From Cycas panzhihuaensis (lineage: Eukaryota > Plantae > Cycadophyta), in assembly GCA_023213395.1 (NCBI GenBank), contig CM041465.1:134671741-134735740 (forward strand): a stretch of DNA of 64,000 bases, in the 5' to 3' direction. Position numbers and translations under genes: made by a program. The notes under the pieces are model-generated. The model had not been told where the DNA came from. It worked only from the letters and a program-made list of their open reading frames with translations, and did not search any database. This document shows, piece after piece, positions 26,101-38,500 of this stretch (position 1 is its first letter; the number at the start of each line of letters is the position of its first letter).

Positions 26101-29100
26101 GCAAGTTTTCTGGGGTATATATTATGTACCCAAGATGTAGTTGAACCTTCTGTCTGCTCGAGAGATCTGCAAACAAGGTATGAAAGTGGAGCTCTATAAT
26201 GATAAGTGCCTGATAAAGGACCCAAAACAGAACTTTGCTGTCATAGCTACCGAGAAAGCCAGGGACAACTTTTGGGTGTTTTAGAAATTTCAATCTCAGA
26301 AGAAGTTCTATGCCTTTGTTGCCAGCACGGATGACGAAAGTAAACTGTGGCACAATCGCCTTGGGCACCTTAATTACAAGAGTATTGCAGTACTGAAGAG
26401 GTTGAGGATGATGGAAGGACTGTCGTTGGTTTCCTGCTCAGACGACGTATGCGAAGGGTGTATGTATGGCAAGCATCACTGCTATCCTTTTGCTCGGGAT
26501 AATACCTGGAGAGCCAAGGAGAAGCTGGAGCTTGTGCACTCAGATATTATGGGACTACTCCCAAACCCTTCAATATCAGGAGTTCGATATACACTTGTGT
26601 TTGTGGATGATTACACCAGGAAAACTTGGGTTTATTTTCTCAAGAACAAGTCAGATGTATTTAATCGCTTCCCTGAATGGAAAGTGATGGTTGAAAATGA
26701 ATGTGATTGCAAAATAAAATCTTTACGAAGTGATATTGGCAAGGAGTACAACAATCATGCGTTCAATCAGTTTTGCCACAACCATGGTATAAAGCGGGAG
26801 TTTACAGTCCTGTATACCCCACAACAGAATGGAGTTGTTGAAAGAAAGAATCGTACCATGATGGAGATGGCGAGGTGTATGGTGCACGCTAAAATCCTGC
26901 CACCAAAGTTTTGGGCGTGTGGCAGCAATTGCTTATATTTTGAATAGGGTACCCACTCAGGCAGTTCGCAACATGACCCCTGAAGAAAAATGGACCGGTC
27001 AGAAGCCTGCTGTTAGCCATTTAAGAACATTTGGGTGTATTGCACACGGCCACATCTCAGATGATACTTGAAAGAGGCTAGATCGGAAAAGTCTAAAGTG
27101 CATATTCATGGGGTATTGCACGGAGAACAAAGCCTACAGACTATGGGGTCCACAGGGGGGAAAGATTGTGGTCAGTCGAGATGTTAAATTTGATGAGTCA
27201 TCGACGTATCATGCTGAAAGATCATCAGAGGAACCTTTTTACCCTCCCCTTCTCCCATTCTCAGATTCTTCAAGCGAAGAGGACATTGAACCAGTCGTTG
27301 CAGCACCTGGGAAAGCAAGACCAAGTGGGATGAGTAATAGTGAGGAGCCACCACGAGAAGAACTACCTCCAGCAACGGGTCCTTCTATACCTTTATGGGC
27401 AAGGAAAACTATTGAAGATTCTTGTGTGGCGATGCAAACCCTAATTGATGATGCATTTAACCGAAGTTAGCATGTCAGTCAAACTCTGCTGGTAGACACC
27501 AATGACTCCAGTGATCTTGATTCGTTTGCTGAAACGAAAGGAGATCCATGATGGAGAGCTGCAATGGAGGAAGAGTATGGTTCTCTGATGAAGAATGATA
27601 CGTGGGATTTGGTTCCACTCCCTTCGTCAAAGAACCTTGTAGGATGCAAGTGGGTCTATAAGACAAAGTTCCGCTCCGATGGAGAGGTGGACAAGTACAA
27701 GGCCAGACTTGTTGTGCAGGGATTCAAGCAAAAAGACGAAATTGACTACGAGGAGACGTTTGCATCAGTCTCTAGAATGACAACGGTCCACTTACTCATT
27801 TCTTTAGCAGCTGCGTTAGATTGGGAGCTATACCAAATGGACGTTAAGTCCGTATTCCTTAATGGGGATCTAAAGGAGAAGATATACATGTCGCAGCCTT
27901 TGGGATTCATTAAGGATGGCCAGGAGCATCTTGTTTGCTGTTTGAAGAAGTCAATCTATGTCCTGGAACAAGCACCCCGCGCTTGGTATGAAAAGATGGA
28001 TGCCAAGTTGAAAGCTGAAAGTTTTGAAATTTTAGAACTCGACCCGAACCTGTATGTGAAGAGAAGAGGGACTTTCGTAGTTGCTTGTGCGGTGTATGTG
28101 GATGATCTAATCATCGGCGGTAATTGTGGCAAGGCTATAGCCGAAGTCAAATTCAATTTGGGAGCTTCATTTGACATGAGGGATCTCGGGGAAGTTCACT
28201 ATTTCTTGGGCATTCAGATCAGGCAGATGGAAGATAGGATCGTGTTGTTGCAATCGCAGTATATGAAGAACTTACTGGAGAGATTTGGAATGCAGCACTA
28301 CAAACCTGTTGCAACATCATGTGTAAAAGGCGCAAGATGGCATAAAGACATGGCCCAACCTTCTGTAGATGGCACGAAGTATTGCCAGTTGGTAGGGAGT
28401 CTAATCTATTTGACTCATACTAGGCCAGATATCGCATACGCTATTGGATTAGTTTCCTGCTACATGCAGAATCCTCAGGAGCCTCATTTGGTGGCAGCAA
28501 AGTGGATTCTGAAATATTTGAAGGGGACAATCAATCTTGGTCTTGAATACTATAGAGGTGAGAAGATCAGGTTGCATGGCTACACAGATGTTGATTGGGG
28601 AGGAGATTTCGACGATCGGAAGTCCACTGCTGGATACTTGTTTAGTATTGGCAATGGATTTGTTTCGTAGTACTCGAAGAAGCAACAGACAATGGCGCTA
28701 TCTTCTACAGAAGCAGAATATCAAGGACTCAGTGCTGGTGCGAAGGAAGCAGTATGGTTGCAAGGTCTCTTGGAATTTCTTGGCGTTTCCAATGGACATC
28801 CGATTCTCTTTGTTGATAATCAGAGTACCATTCACCTGTCGAAGAATCCAGAGTTTCATGCACGTACGAAGCATATCGAGATTCAGCACCATTACATTCG
28901 TGAACATATCAAATCAGGGAAGCTGCAGGTCGACTGTTGTCCGAGTGAATTACAGCTTGCGGATGTATTCACCAAGCCACTCACTGAAGATCAATTCAAA
29001 AAGATGTGTACCGGATTAGGACTCACCAATGTTATCCTTGAGGGGGGATGTATCGACTAGGATAAAGAAGTTGCAGGATAGTCCCATCGTTCATGATAAC

Positions 29101-29489
29101 TCAACTACTGCACGTTGCAAGTTCCCCACATTCACATTAAGGGGGGATGTTAAAGCGGCAGTTAATTATTAAGCCACTTAGTTAATGTTAATGTTGTTTA
29201 ATTAAGTGAAAGGGTGCGAAGTGAATAGGTGCAACTTATTCGGAGGTTCACAACCCTAATCGAGTGACACCTCTTTGAGAGTATAAATGCTTTGAGGCCT
29301 TGTATATTTATCATCCAAGTATTCATTGTGTAATAATCAAGTGATCCATCAAGGATCCTCTTTGTGGTGGGTTTTTTTTCGAAAGGGTTTCCCACGTAAA
29401 TTCCTGTGTACTGTGCATCTGTTTTTTGTGTTTTTTATTTATTGTTTACTGTGTCGGAACATTTGTGTATGATTTCATGTTCCCGAACA
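23184..29489 (+). mobile_element. Element E: full-length Ty1/Copia LTR retrotransposon, same family as D, younger
   Basis: LTRs 23184-23546 and 29148-29489. Perfect TSD CTAGC. PBS TGGTATCAGAGC at 23547-23558. PPT AAGGGGGGA. ~1.5-kb leader. Confidence 0.96.
25087..29060 (+). pseudogene. gag-pol of Copia element E (frameshifts/stops)
   Basis: Gag CNCCKKDGHREKNC; integrase LVHSD..VDDYTR..TPQQNGVVER; RT YVDDL; RNase H ALSSTEAEY..HARTKHIEI..ADVFTKPL, in Copia order. Confidence 0.95.
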
Positions 29490-30552
29490 CTAGCCCACAC
29501 TTGAAGTCCTTTGGATTTCCTAATTTTTGTATCCTTGAGTTGTGCTGGGATAAGATAATTGCTTGTTTTTGGAGGCTTTCATCAAAAGGGTTAGCATCCA
29601 GCATATGTATTGTTTAATATTGAATTTTAGATCCCCATGTTGAGTTGCTCAATGTCACCATTGAGGTTCCCTTTATGTTCATTTCAAGTTCTAGATAAGA
29701 AGTTTAACGAGGTGGGGAGCAATATGTTTGGGGATACAATTCCATACTAAGGAGATTGTTGGATTACAACCTATAAGAGATTAAGAGCCATAGAAAGGAA
29801 GATGAAAGGCCCAAACTTTCATGTTAAGCCTTTTTCAAGGCATATGTGGAATGAAGGAAGAGGTTGAATTTTATAGGAAATACAACAAAAAATCTGATTA
29901 TTTTAGAAGACACATCTTTTGAACTTATATTATTACGTAGCATTTGGGATTTAATTTCTTCATGTCTTTGCTTCGAAGTGCTTTCTAAAGGTGAGACGCA
30001 TTGTAATCATAGAGCAAGGTTTAAGGAGATTTCCATGTTTAGACGAGCATTCCTAGCATTGTGGTAATCTTTATCTTGATGGTTTTAAGGATCTAATTCA
30101 AGTTCAAAAAGCTCTAATGTGCAAGATAATTAAGATATTGAAGGTATTTACTTTCATGATGATTGCCAATAATGATGGGTACTGATGTGTTAAAAGCTTC
30201 TTAGATTTATATTTAAATTTAAATCCTTACCTATGCGACAGTATACTTGGATTTGTTTTCTAATAGGGTCCTTTGTTTTAGATGTAACTGTGCAGATTGT
30301 CCTCTTATAGATTCTTCTTTAAATTCTTTCCCTTAATCCTTCAAATATTGTTGTTCTTTCCTCTGCATCTTAAAAATAAGGATATAATGACATCCAATTG
30401 ACTACTCCAAAAATTTCTAACATTTAGCTTTCAATAATTGTGCCGATAGGTACCCTTAGTGAACTTTGCCGAGGCGTATTTACTCTGGTCCATGGGATGG
30501 GATTAAATACTAAAATAATAAAAAAATAATAATAAAAAAATAGTAATGTATT

Positions 30553-30720
30553 GGGTTACCTGCTAAGCTTGCCTGAAAACCTGAACTATGCAAGAGTTGG
30601 TTACAATGTCTACACATGGATTGGTTACAACATTTGGTTACCCACTAAGCTTGCCTAGAAACCTAAGTCATACATGGGTTGGTTACAACCTCTGCACATC
30701 GATTGGTAACAACGTTTGCA
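30553..30720. repeat. Two-unit ~85-bp tandem repeat
   Basis: GGTTACC..CTAAGCTTGCCT..GTTGGTTACAA..ATTGGT(T/A)ACAAC occurs twice. Confidence 0.7.
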
Positions 30721-31097
30721 CATTGTAAGTCTCAGGCTCCGTCTTTTCAACAACAACAAAAAGTATAGATTTCTGATTTTGATGATATGTATCTGTCAAG
30801 CTTGTTTTTCACCTTGCGCAATAGTATAATTTGGCGAATCCAGGGAACCAAAACACTGCACGTATTCTTTAGAATGCTTCTATTTCAGAAACGCTCTTCC
30901 TCTCAAGCTGATCTTTGCCATCAATAAGTTATAGAATAGAATTTGCAAGAAGTGCCTATCGGCACTCCCATGCGTAGGCTGACAAAGTCTACACTAGTGC
31001 ATTATTATATCTTATTGTGTCATCTAATATTATCTATGTTATATATCTAATGAAATAAGTATTTCATGACATCATGAAAAGCATCTATACCAATGTA

Positions 31098-31325
31098 ACC
31101 TGTAGCCTTCTACACTAACCTTTAATATTTAACCAAGTATATTAAATTACACTAAATAGTACCTTTGTAGCTTTCGATGCTAACCTTCAGTATATTAAAC
31201 TACACTAGATAGTACCTTTGTAGCTTTCCATGCTAAACTTTTATATTTAACCAACCACATTAACCTACACTATATAATGCTCATGTAGCCTCCCATACTA
31301 ACCTTTCATATTTAATCAACCACAT
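31098..31325. repeat. Degenerate ~55-65-bp tandem repeat (4 units)
   Basis: Recurrent TGTAGC(C/T)T..CTAACCTTT..TATTTAACCAA..ATTAA..TACACTA. Confidence 0.7.
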
Positions 31326-31689
31326 TTTTGATATGTAAATAGAAAATCAATGGAGGACTCCATTATGTGCAAATTATTAAATCGGATTTAACCATGAAAG
31401 CCATAATTAAGGGAGTGGTGTTGTCGTAATTATTTACTATGGGTTTGTACAACCATGGTATGTACTATTATAATCTAATATAATATTATATTATATTAGG
31501 AGCCCAACTGTAGTTGTAGAAGAGTTTGACTCTATTTCTTATTCTCTTCATTAGGCACGATGTTATGAAACCACATTTTGCCTCTAAAGTCATTATCATT
31601 GAGGCCATTTGCCATTGGTTATGGAGTGAGACAAAATAAGATTCACATTAATTTTTGGCAGGAATTATGTTCAAACATCAATATCATGC

Positions 31690-31955
31690 TTTGAAACTTT
31701 GACGCATGAAAACAGTGTAGGTTAAAGCTTTATATAAAGTAAGAATTGTTTGGCTTTGTCTTCTCGCTTGAGGACATTATTTTTTGACAAGAATGATGTC
31801 TGGTGATTTGAAACTTTGATGCTTTTAAAAAATTGTGTAGGTTGAAGCTTCATACAGGGGAAGAACCTCTTGAAGGACATTATTTTTTGACAAGAATGAT
31901 GTCTGGTGATTTGAAACTTTGATGCTTTTAAAAAGTTGTGTAGATTGAAGATTCA
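31690..31955. repeat. ~102-bp tandem duplication (~2.5 units)
   Basis: AGGACATTATTTTTTGACAAGAATGATGTCTGGTGATTTGAAACTTTGATGCTTTTAAAAA at ~31772 and ~31874. Confidence 0.85.
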
Positions 31956-32454
31956 TGTTACATGAAAAACATGATGTGCGTATTACATTGCAATATTTCG
32001 CCAACCATTTCCCTTTTCTGGGAAATGGTCTTAAGATTTTATGATCGACTTTTTGTAGGAAACCTGCTTTTGGATGGCTAGGAAGAGTGTATAATGCTGT
32101 AGGAAATCCTATTTATTCATGCAACCAAGTTCTTTGGGATTGTTTAAATACACGTCATCTCTTCTCGTATTTTGACCTGTGTGGTTAGTAGGATCATTGG
32201 CTTTACAGTTGGAGACTAAACATTTTAGGATTTTATCCGTCTACATTTAATTTTGATTATTGACATGTTTGTGGTGAGTACAGATGAACATGGGAGCTTA
32301 AACCTCGCATTTTGGATTGTCTTATTAAACATACATTTAACAAAGCTACTTTGCCTGAAGACAATAATTAATACTCAAGCCGGAATGCAAGCTGAATACT
32401 TTGTAGCGCTGTACAGGTCTGATAAATCTAACCTTTGCATCTTATTTTGGACAG

Positions 32455-32521
32455 GGAAGAGCACTCTTCTGAATCATCTTTTCCAAACAAATTTTACAGA
32501 GATGGATGCTTTTAAGGGGAG
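32455..32521 (+). CDS. RHD3: RHD3 exon ([23 protein letters not shown]; P-loop)
   Basis: acag|GG...AG|gtgagt. Confidence 0.95.
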
Positions 32522-35500
32522 GTGAGTTCTCTGCTTCTTTTGTGGCCTAAAATTTTTCATAATTGCTAATTGTATGTCTTAGTAAGCTCCAAAAATAAAT
32601 TATTTTTTGTCTTCATTCCAGGAGTCAAACAACCCAAGGCATTTGGCTTTCAAAAGCTGTTGGCATTGACCCTTGTACACTAGTGATGGATTTGGAGGGA
32701 ACAGATGGCAGAGAAAGAGGAGAGGTGATTGCTTTCTTCTGAGAATTATTTGCATTCCTCTTTGCTCTTGCGTGCTTATGTTTCCTCCCTTGCATGTATT
32801 GATAAAAGCATGATACATTGTGGTTTTTGCTTTGACGTTATGAAGTCTTGGGCTTGAGAAAATTTTCTGTCATTGTTGCCTGGCTGTTGTTTTTGTCTCT
32901 TCTCACTCACTATAAATCTTTTGATTAATTTGAGGGGCTTTCACCAGCCCACATCTAACATACCTCAAGGATCTGTTGTACGATTTAGACTGTTGACTAG
33001 GATGTTTTTCAAAGTTGGGATGGATATTTCATGGTTATCTTATGGTGCTTTTTTAATTAGTGATTAAGAGTATGATGATTAAGAGTACAATTCTCTTGAA
33101 GTCAGACAGCTTCCACACATGGCTCTATGTATGTGCTATGGTTGATCTAGTGGGGCTTGCTATTTAGTGGTAAAGAGTCCAATTCTCATGGAATCAGTGT
33201 ACAATTCCCATGGAGTCAGACTGCCTACACACACAAATTTAGCACAGATGGATAAATTTGATGATGGGGATGCTGGATTGGTACTGATCATGTTGTTCTT
33301 CCCCCTTATTTATGTGACCCCGCGATGATGTCAAGCCTCACAAGGTTATAGAAAGACACAAATGACAGAGACATTCATTCACCTTGACCATCTCCCAAGA
33401 AACAAGATCTTGGTAAGATTTTATCCCTCTTATATTTTCTATTACTTATAACAAGATACTAGTTCAAACCTGTGGCAAACAATTGGCATGACAGTATTTC
33501 CCTAATAATGAAGTTTTTTGTGGTGAATTAGGTTTTCATATAAATGTTTCCCATGAAGATGATAAAAAATATATTGATCAACTCTTAGGCAAGTATTGGT
33601 CTACACCTTTTAAGTTTTATAAATAAAATAAAACGAAATATAATCCAATATAACATAATGTAATTTGAACTATATTATATGCAATTATATTATTAGGACA
33701 ACCCTTGCCCCTTGGGTGAATAGACGAGGCATGCTTTGTCTTTTTTAAAATATATAGGCTATAGATATACATTAAAGAAATGTGGGATATTCAAATTGGC
33801 CATTATTCCTTTTACCATTGGCTAATAGCAACAATTAAGATTTGCCCAAATTTGCCAATAGCAATGGTGAAGGTTTGTTCAATTGTGATCCAATCAACAA
33901 TTCATTAACTAATCAATTATCATCAAAATTACTTGGGTAGTACCCACCCCCGTTGTTTTGAAAGTTGCCATACTTTAAATGGAGTCTCCTTAATTTTTAA
34001 ATATGCACATATTGAACTCTTACTACAACAACCACTCCCCTCCCAAGAAAGAAAAAAAAACATTTTTTGAAATAGGTGAATATAATTAAATCCTCTCCTC
34101 GTTTTATTATTATAAATCAAAAAGGTTGTTGGTTAGATATTAAAAAATTGGTGGGGAAGGATAAGGGTAGTGTTAGATGTGTAAGAGCTTCTTTACGTTT
34201 TTAGCTTGCTTCTTTCATTCTTTAGAAAGAGGAAGGGTGCTATGTGGATGTTTTTTAGTGCAAGTTATATTTGGATGGATCCTTTAGTTGGTCATGATGT
34301 CCTTTAAGATATGTGAGACAGATGACTGATGATTATAAATATTCTAAAAAGCATTTAGAAGTCCATGGAAGCTAGAAAAGAGCTTCACACTTAAGCAGAC
34401 TAATAGTGCTTGGGCTTATACCCGCAAGTCTATAGCTATAGAAGGACCTTGATTATTTTGCTGCATAATCCAATCTATTTGCTATAAAACCTATTTGACT
34501 CTTGGTACAAATTTCTTACTGGTGAACTCTCAATTTGAGTTTCAAACTAGCCAAATTTTGTCATCCAATAGAAAAAAGAAGATGATTAGATAAGATGATA
34601 AGCTTCTCAATACAAGAAAGAGACAATCGAACTTGAAGATTCTGAAACAGAGTTAGCAATAAGATTCAATTCTTCTTTGAAGATTATTTGTACAATCATA
34701 AGTGTATTTATTCATGATTGGTCAGTGCATGCAGGACACTTGTCATTCATTTAGAGACTTGACTCAAAATACTAAAACATGACTAAAGTACAAACATTAA
34801 ACGTTGACCTCAAAAGTGCAATAAAATACGAAAAGATAAAAGAAGGAAAGGAATAAAAGAATACTAAGTACAATATTAAGTAATGAATTACTCGTTATTT
34901 CCTCCTTGTTTAGGAAGAAATTATCCCTAGTTTTTGTTGAAGATGAGGGAAATGTGCTTGAAATGTACACTCAGAGATCCATTTGGCTTTAATTGGTTAT
35001 GTTTCTTTCTTGCTGACCAAGTATGTTGTGGTTGTATGTTGGTTGGTGGTCCTTGCCCTAGTGTCAAGGAGTGTGTCCTCGTGAAATGGTGGTTGAAAAT
35101 CTAGAATGGTATTGTGGGGACAAGTGGTAGTGGCTCGTCCTCCAACTTTGGTCTCTCGTATAATTTGAGATTGCTGGTGTTGATGATAAGTATTTATGTA
35201 TAGTTCTAGTCTTATTAAGTAGCATTATAAAAGGGGACTTAGGGTACCCAATTATCAATTAGTTACACATAACATTGTAAAAGATAATTAGGGTACCTAA
35301 TCATTAGTTAGGTACATTAGGTGACACATGTCTCACATAGAGCAGCAGTGTGTACCACACACAAACTACCTTGAGTTTGTATAAATATGTACAACATTTC
35401 AAAGGAATAAATGAAGAGAGAAGTTCTTCTTTCCTCCTCCTATTCTAGTATTCTTGTGCATGCTAAAATCTAAAGGTGCTTGAATCTAAATGCATATCAA

Positions 35501-38500
35501 TTGGTATCAGAGCCTAATCGGTCTCTAGGGATCTTAGCATTAATATTTTTTCTCACTCTCTTCATTTGCTCCTCCCTTAACTTTTCCATAGACTTCTTTT
35601 ATCAGGAAATTCTTGGAGACTCAAACCCTGGCTTATCTCAACCTGCCACGTACACCACTTAATTCTCTCAATCGGAAAATGGGCGCAGAAGGCCTGAGGA
35701 AATTCATTGTTGATGTTGGTAAAGATATCGTGGCCATTCAGAGATAGGCACCTGTTGCACTGTGATTGTTTTAGATCCTACAAAAATTGTAGAATGTTGA
35801 GGGTTTCCACTTGCCAGATCGTGCCGCTAAGATAGATAAGAAAGATTTCGGGCTTTTGTTAGTGTTGGCTACAAGCCGTGTTCACATCTTGATTTGGTAC
35901 TTAGTGTGAGCTCCATGAAGAGAGTCCCATAGTGCGGTCGTTTTCCTCTATTTATTCTTTTCTTTGGAAAAATTGCTTCCGCCACTCATTTGGAACCACT
36001 CGAAGATACTTACATTGGGCCTTGGTTTGCACGCCATGCTACTTGCCCTATTTGTTGATATGAGAACAAGGAATCGATGATGTTACCAGTTCTGAAATCG
36101 AGAGATGACCTGACGACATCATTATGAGAAGACGAGCAGCACGCGAAGAAAGATTAAGCCACCAACACTATTACTACGACAAGATGCGAAGAAAGATTAA
36201 TCCACCAGCACTGCTACTACGACGAGAGGGTAGGGAGCCTCCCCTCCATAGGATCCGAGCATGAAACGTGGTTACAGATGAAAGTAGTGCCAAATAGAGA
36301 TCTTCGATAGCCGCAACAAGCTCGAGTTTGAGCACGATACGAAGTTACGAGAGAATCTTTGACTTTCTAAAGCCACAACAAGCCCTAATGGAATCGTATA
36401 TCATCAAAAACCGAGGTCCATGATTTCCTCATCGCATAGCATGGGGCCCTTGAATTGGAACTATTTGCTTCCTCTGTGCAGCAGCAACGAAGTCGAAAAC
36501 GCAGAAGAAGCTAATGTCGCCCGTGTTGCCTATTCAAATAATTTGACATATTCTAAAGTTCTAGCACTTAGGAATATGTGAATTAGAATATTTTAAAAGA
36601 ATATTCTTCTTTTGATTTCTTAAATTCTAAAGTTTGTCTTACATTGTTTTCTTATATGAATATTAATATTGTTAATGTTGAGTAGTTTTCAAAAGCTATG
36701 AGTATATGACCATAAGCCCTTTATAGGTAGGCATACCTCATATTGTTATTATTGAGTAGTTTTCAGAAGTTATGACTATACGAGCATAAGCCCTTTACAA
36801 GCAGGCGTACCTCAGACTACCTATTCAATGATATACATCCTTCAATATCATTCCAAGGCACATTGTCATGAGCCCTCATCTTAGGCAGGTGTACCCTGTA
36901 TCAATTCTCAATTGTACTTAATCAGGCATATTGCCATAAGGCCTCTCCACAGGCATGTGCACCCTATACAAAATTTACATTTGTAGTCATTTTGAGCATA
37001 TTGCCATAAGCCCTTTTCATAGGCAAGCGTACTCTGCATCAAATCATGTCTCTTGATCAAGATGATCAATCACATCTTGACATCATTGAACTCTTAACAC
37101 AAGAGCTTTGTGATGATGATGTTTCAACAGATCCTGGACCAACAGAACGTTCCAACAATTGTTCCAATCCAACCATCTCCATTCAAATTGGATGCTAAAA
37201 TTAGTATTTCACTTTTTGAAGGGACAATGAACGTGGATAAATTAAATGCACGACTTTGAAGTCTAGAAGCCTATTTCAAGACCCAACAATTCACAGAAGC
37301 ACAAAAACTAATGGTTGCTGAAGTACATATGGTTGAATAGGTCTTAACATGGTGGTAGGCATACTCCCGTGATAAACCACTTATCTCATGGGCAGAATTC
37401 AAAAATGTTGTTCGTAGCCAGTTCTATTCATTGGGATACATTGTTGAACTCGCTACACATTGGCTTCATCTTCGACAAGTTGCAGGGCAAATGGTTCAAC
37501 AATACATTGATGAGTTCGTCAAGCTTTCTATTCAGTTAGAAGTCTCTGACCTTGACCACATTCTCAAATTGAAATTTATTGGTGGACTCTTTTAATCTTT
37601 GCAATGTGAAATGGATCTTTTTCAGATTCCCACACTTGAAGCTGCTTAGCAATTTGCTATCAAAATTGAAAACAAGTTGCAACGAAGACCCCGGCCATCT
37701 TCAGCATCTGCCTCAACTTCTAAAACATTTAACGTGCCGCGAAAAGCCAATATAAAAAAGTATTGTTCTTTTCACAAATGTCAAGGCCATACAGATGCTC
37801 AATGTCGAGCACAACACAAATCTCACACCTTGATTGCTGAACATCAGGCACCGACGGAATCCACTGATGTCATAGATGTCCCTAATCAGCAGGCTCCAGA
37901 TCCACATCTTGTGTTAATGACCACTGAATATTCTGCTTCTCAGAGAGAGACTTTTCACCCAAAATTGTCAAGTTAAGGACCACCGCTTGGCCCTTTGTGT
38001 CATTGATAATGGAACTATGAAGAACTTGTCTCACAAACATTAGTGGATTCCTTATAATTGGTGACCAAGTCTCACCCTAAGCCTTGTACTCTTGGGTGGG
38101 TAACGACCAATGGTCATACAACAATGGTCGATAAAATTTGCACTATTACTTTTGCCATTCTGCTTTTTTTGGATACAGTGGATTGTGATGTGACTCCTAT
38201 GGATTGCAGTGACATTCTCTTAGGACGCCCTTATCAACATGATTGATGAGCATTGTATGATGGGTATCGTAATACTTATACACTGCATAGATATGGAAAA
38301 GCATACAAACTAACTTCTGTAGATGGTGCTTCTCCGTCCTTGACTGTCATCACAGGAAATCCTGCAGTTAGACTTGCCAATGCCTCTAAGCAGATGGTAC
38401 TTTCTGTAGTTCAACAAGCAGAAAGGAAAATTGTACTAAAATGCCTCCAAATGCAATAAAAGCTCTTTTAGATGCGTACTCTGATGTCTTTGTAGAACCT

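Larger units (their letters stand above)
14886..29603 (-). mobile_element. 5'-truncated L1-clade LINE (ORF2 RT remnant, ~2.5 kb net) interrupted by Copia D and E
   Basis: RT motifs on the - strand (EQTGFIKGR..DNL..KTDFKKAYDQVEW, 22382-22636). 3' end AATAAAAA near 14886. TSD TATGTGCTGTTTAATATT (14868-14885) / TATGTATTGTTTAATATT (29604-29621). Pieces at 14886-15659, 21581-23183 and 29490-29603. Confidence 0.85.

Noticed and set aside
32253-32454. ORF 32253-32525 as an alternative RHD3 N-terminus
   Set aside because: Starts at TTG, lacks the GPQSS half of the P-loop, and there is a good acceptor at 32453-32454; it is intron read-through
33325-33495. Possible short LTR followed by TGGCATGACAG
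   Set aside because: No second copy, no TSD and no convincing tRNA match
36661-37040. CRISPR-like repeat-spacer appearance
   Set aside because: Repeats are degenerate, spacers are related to each other, there are no cas genes, and the array lies in a eukaryotic retrotransposon leader
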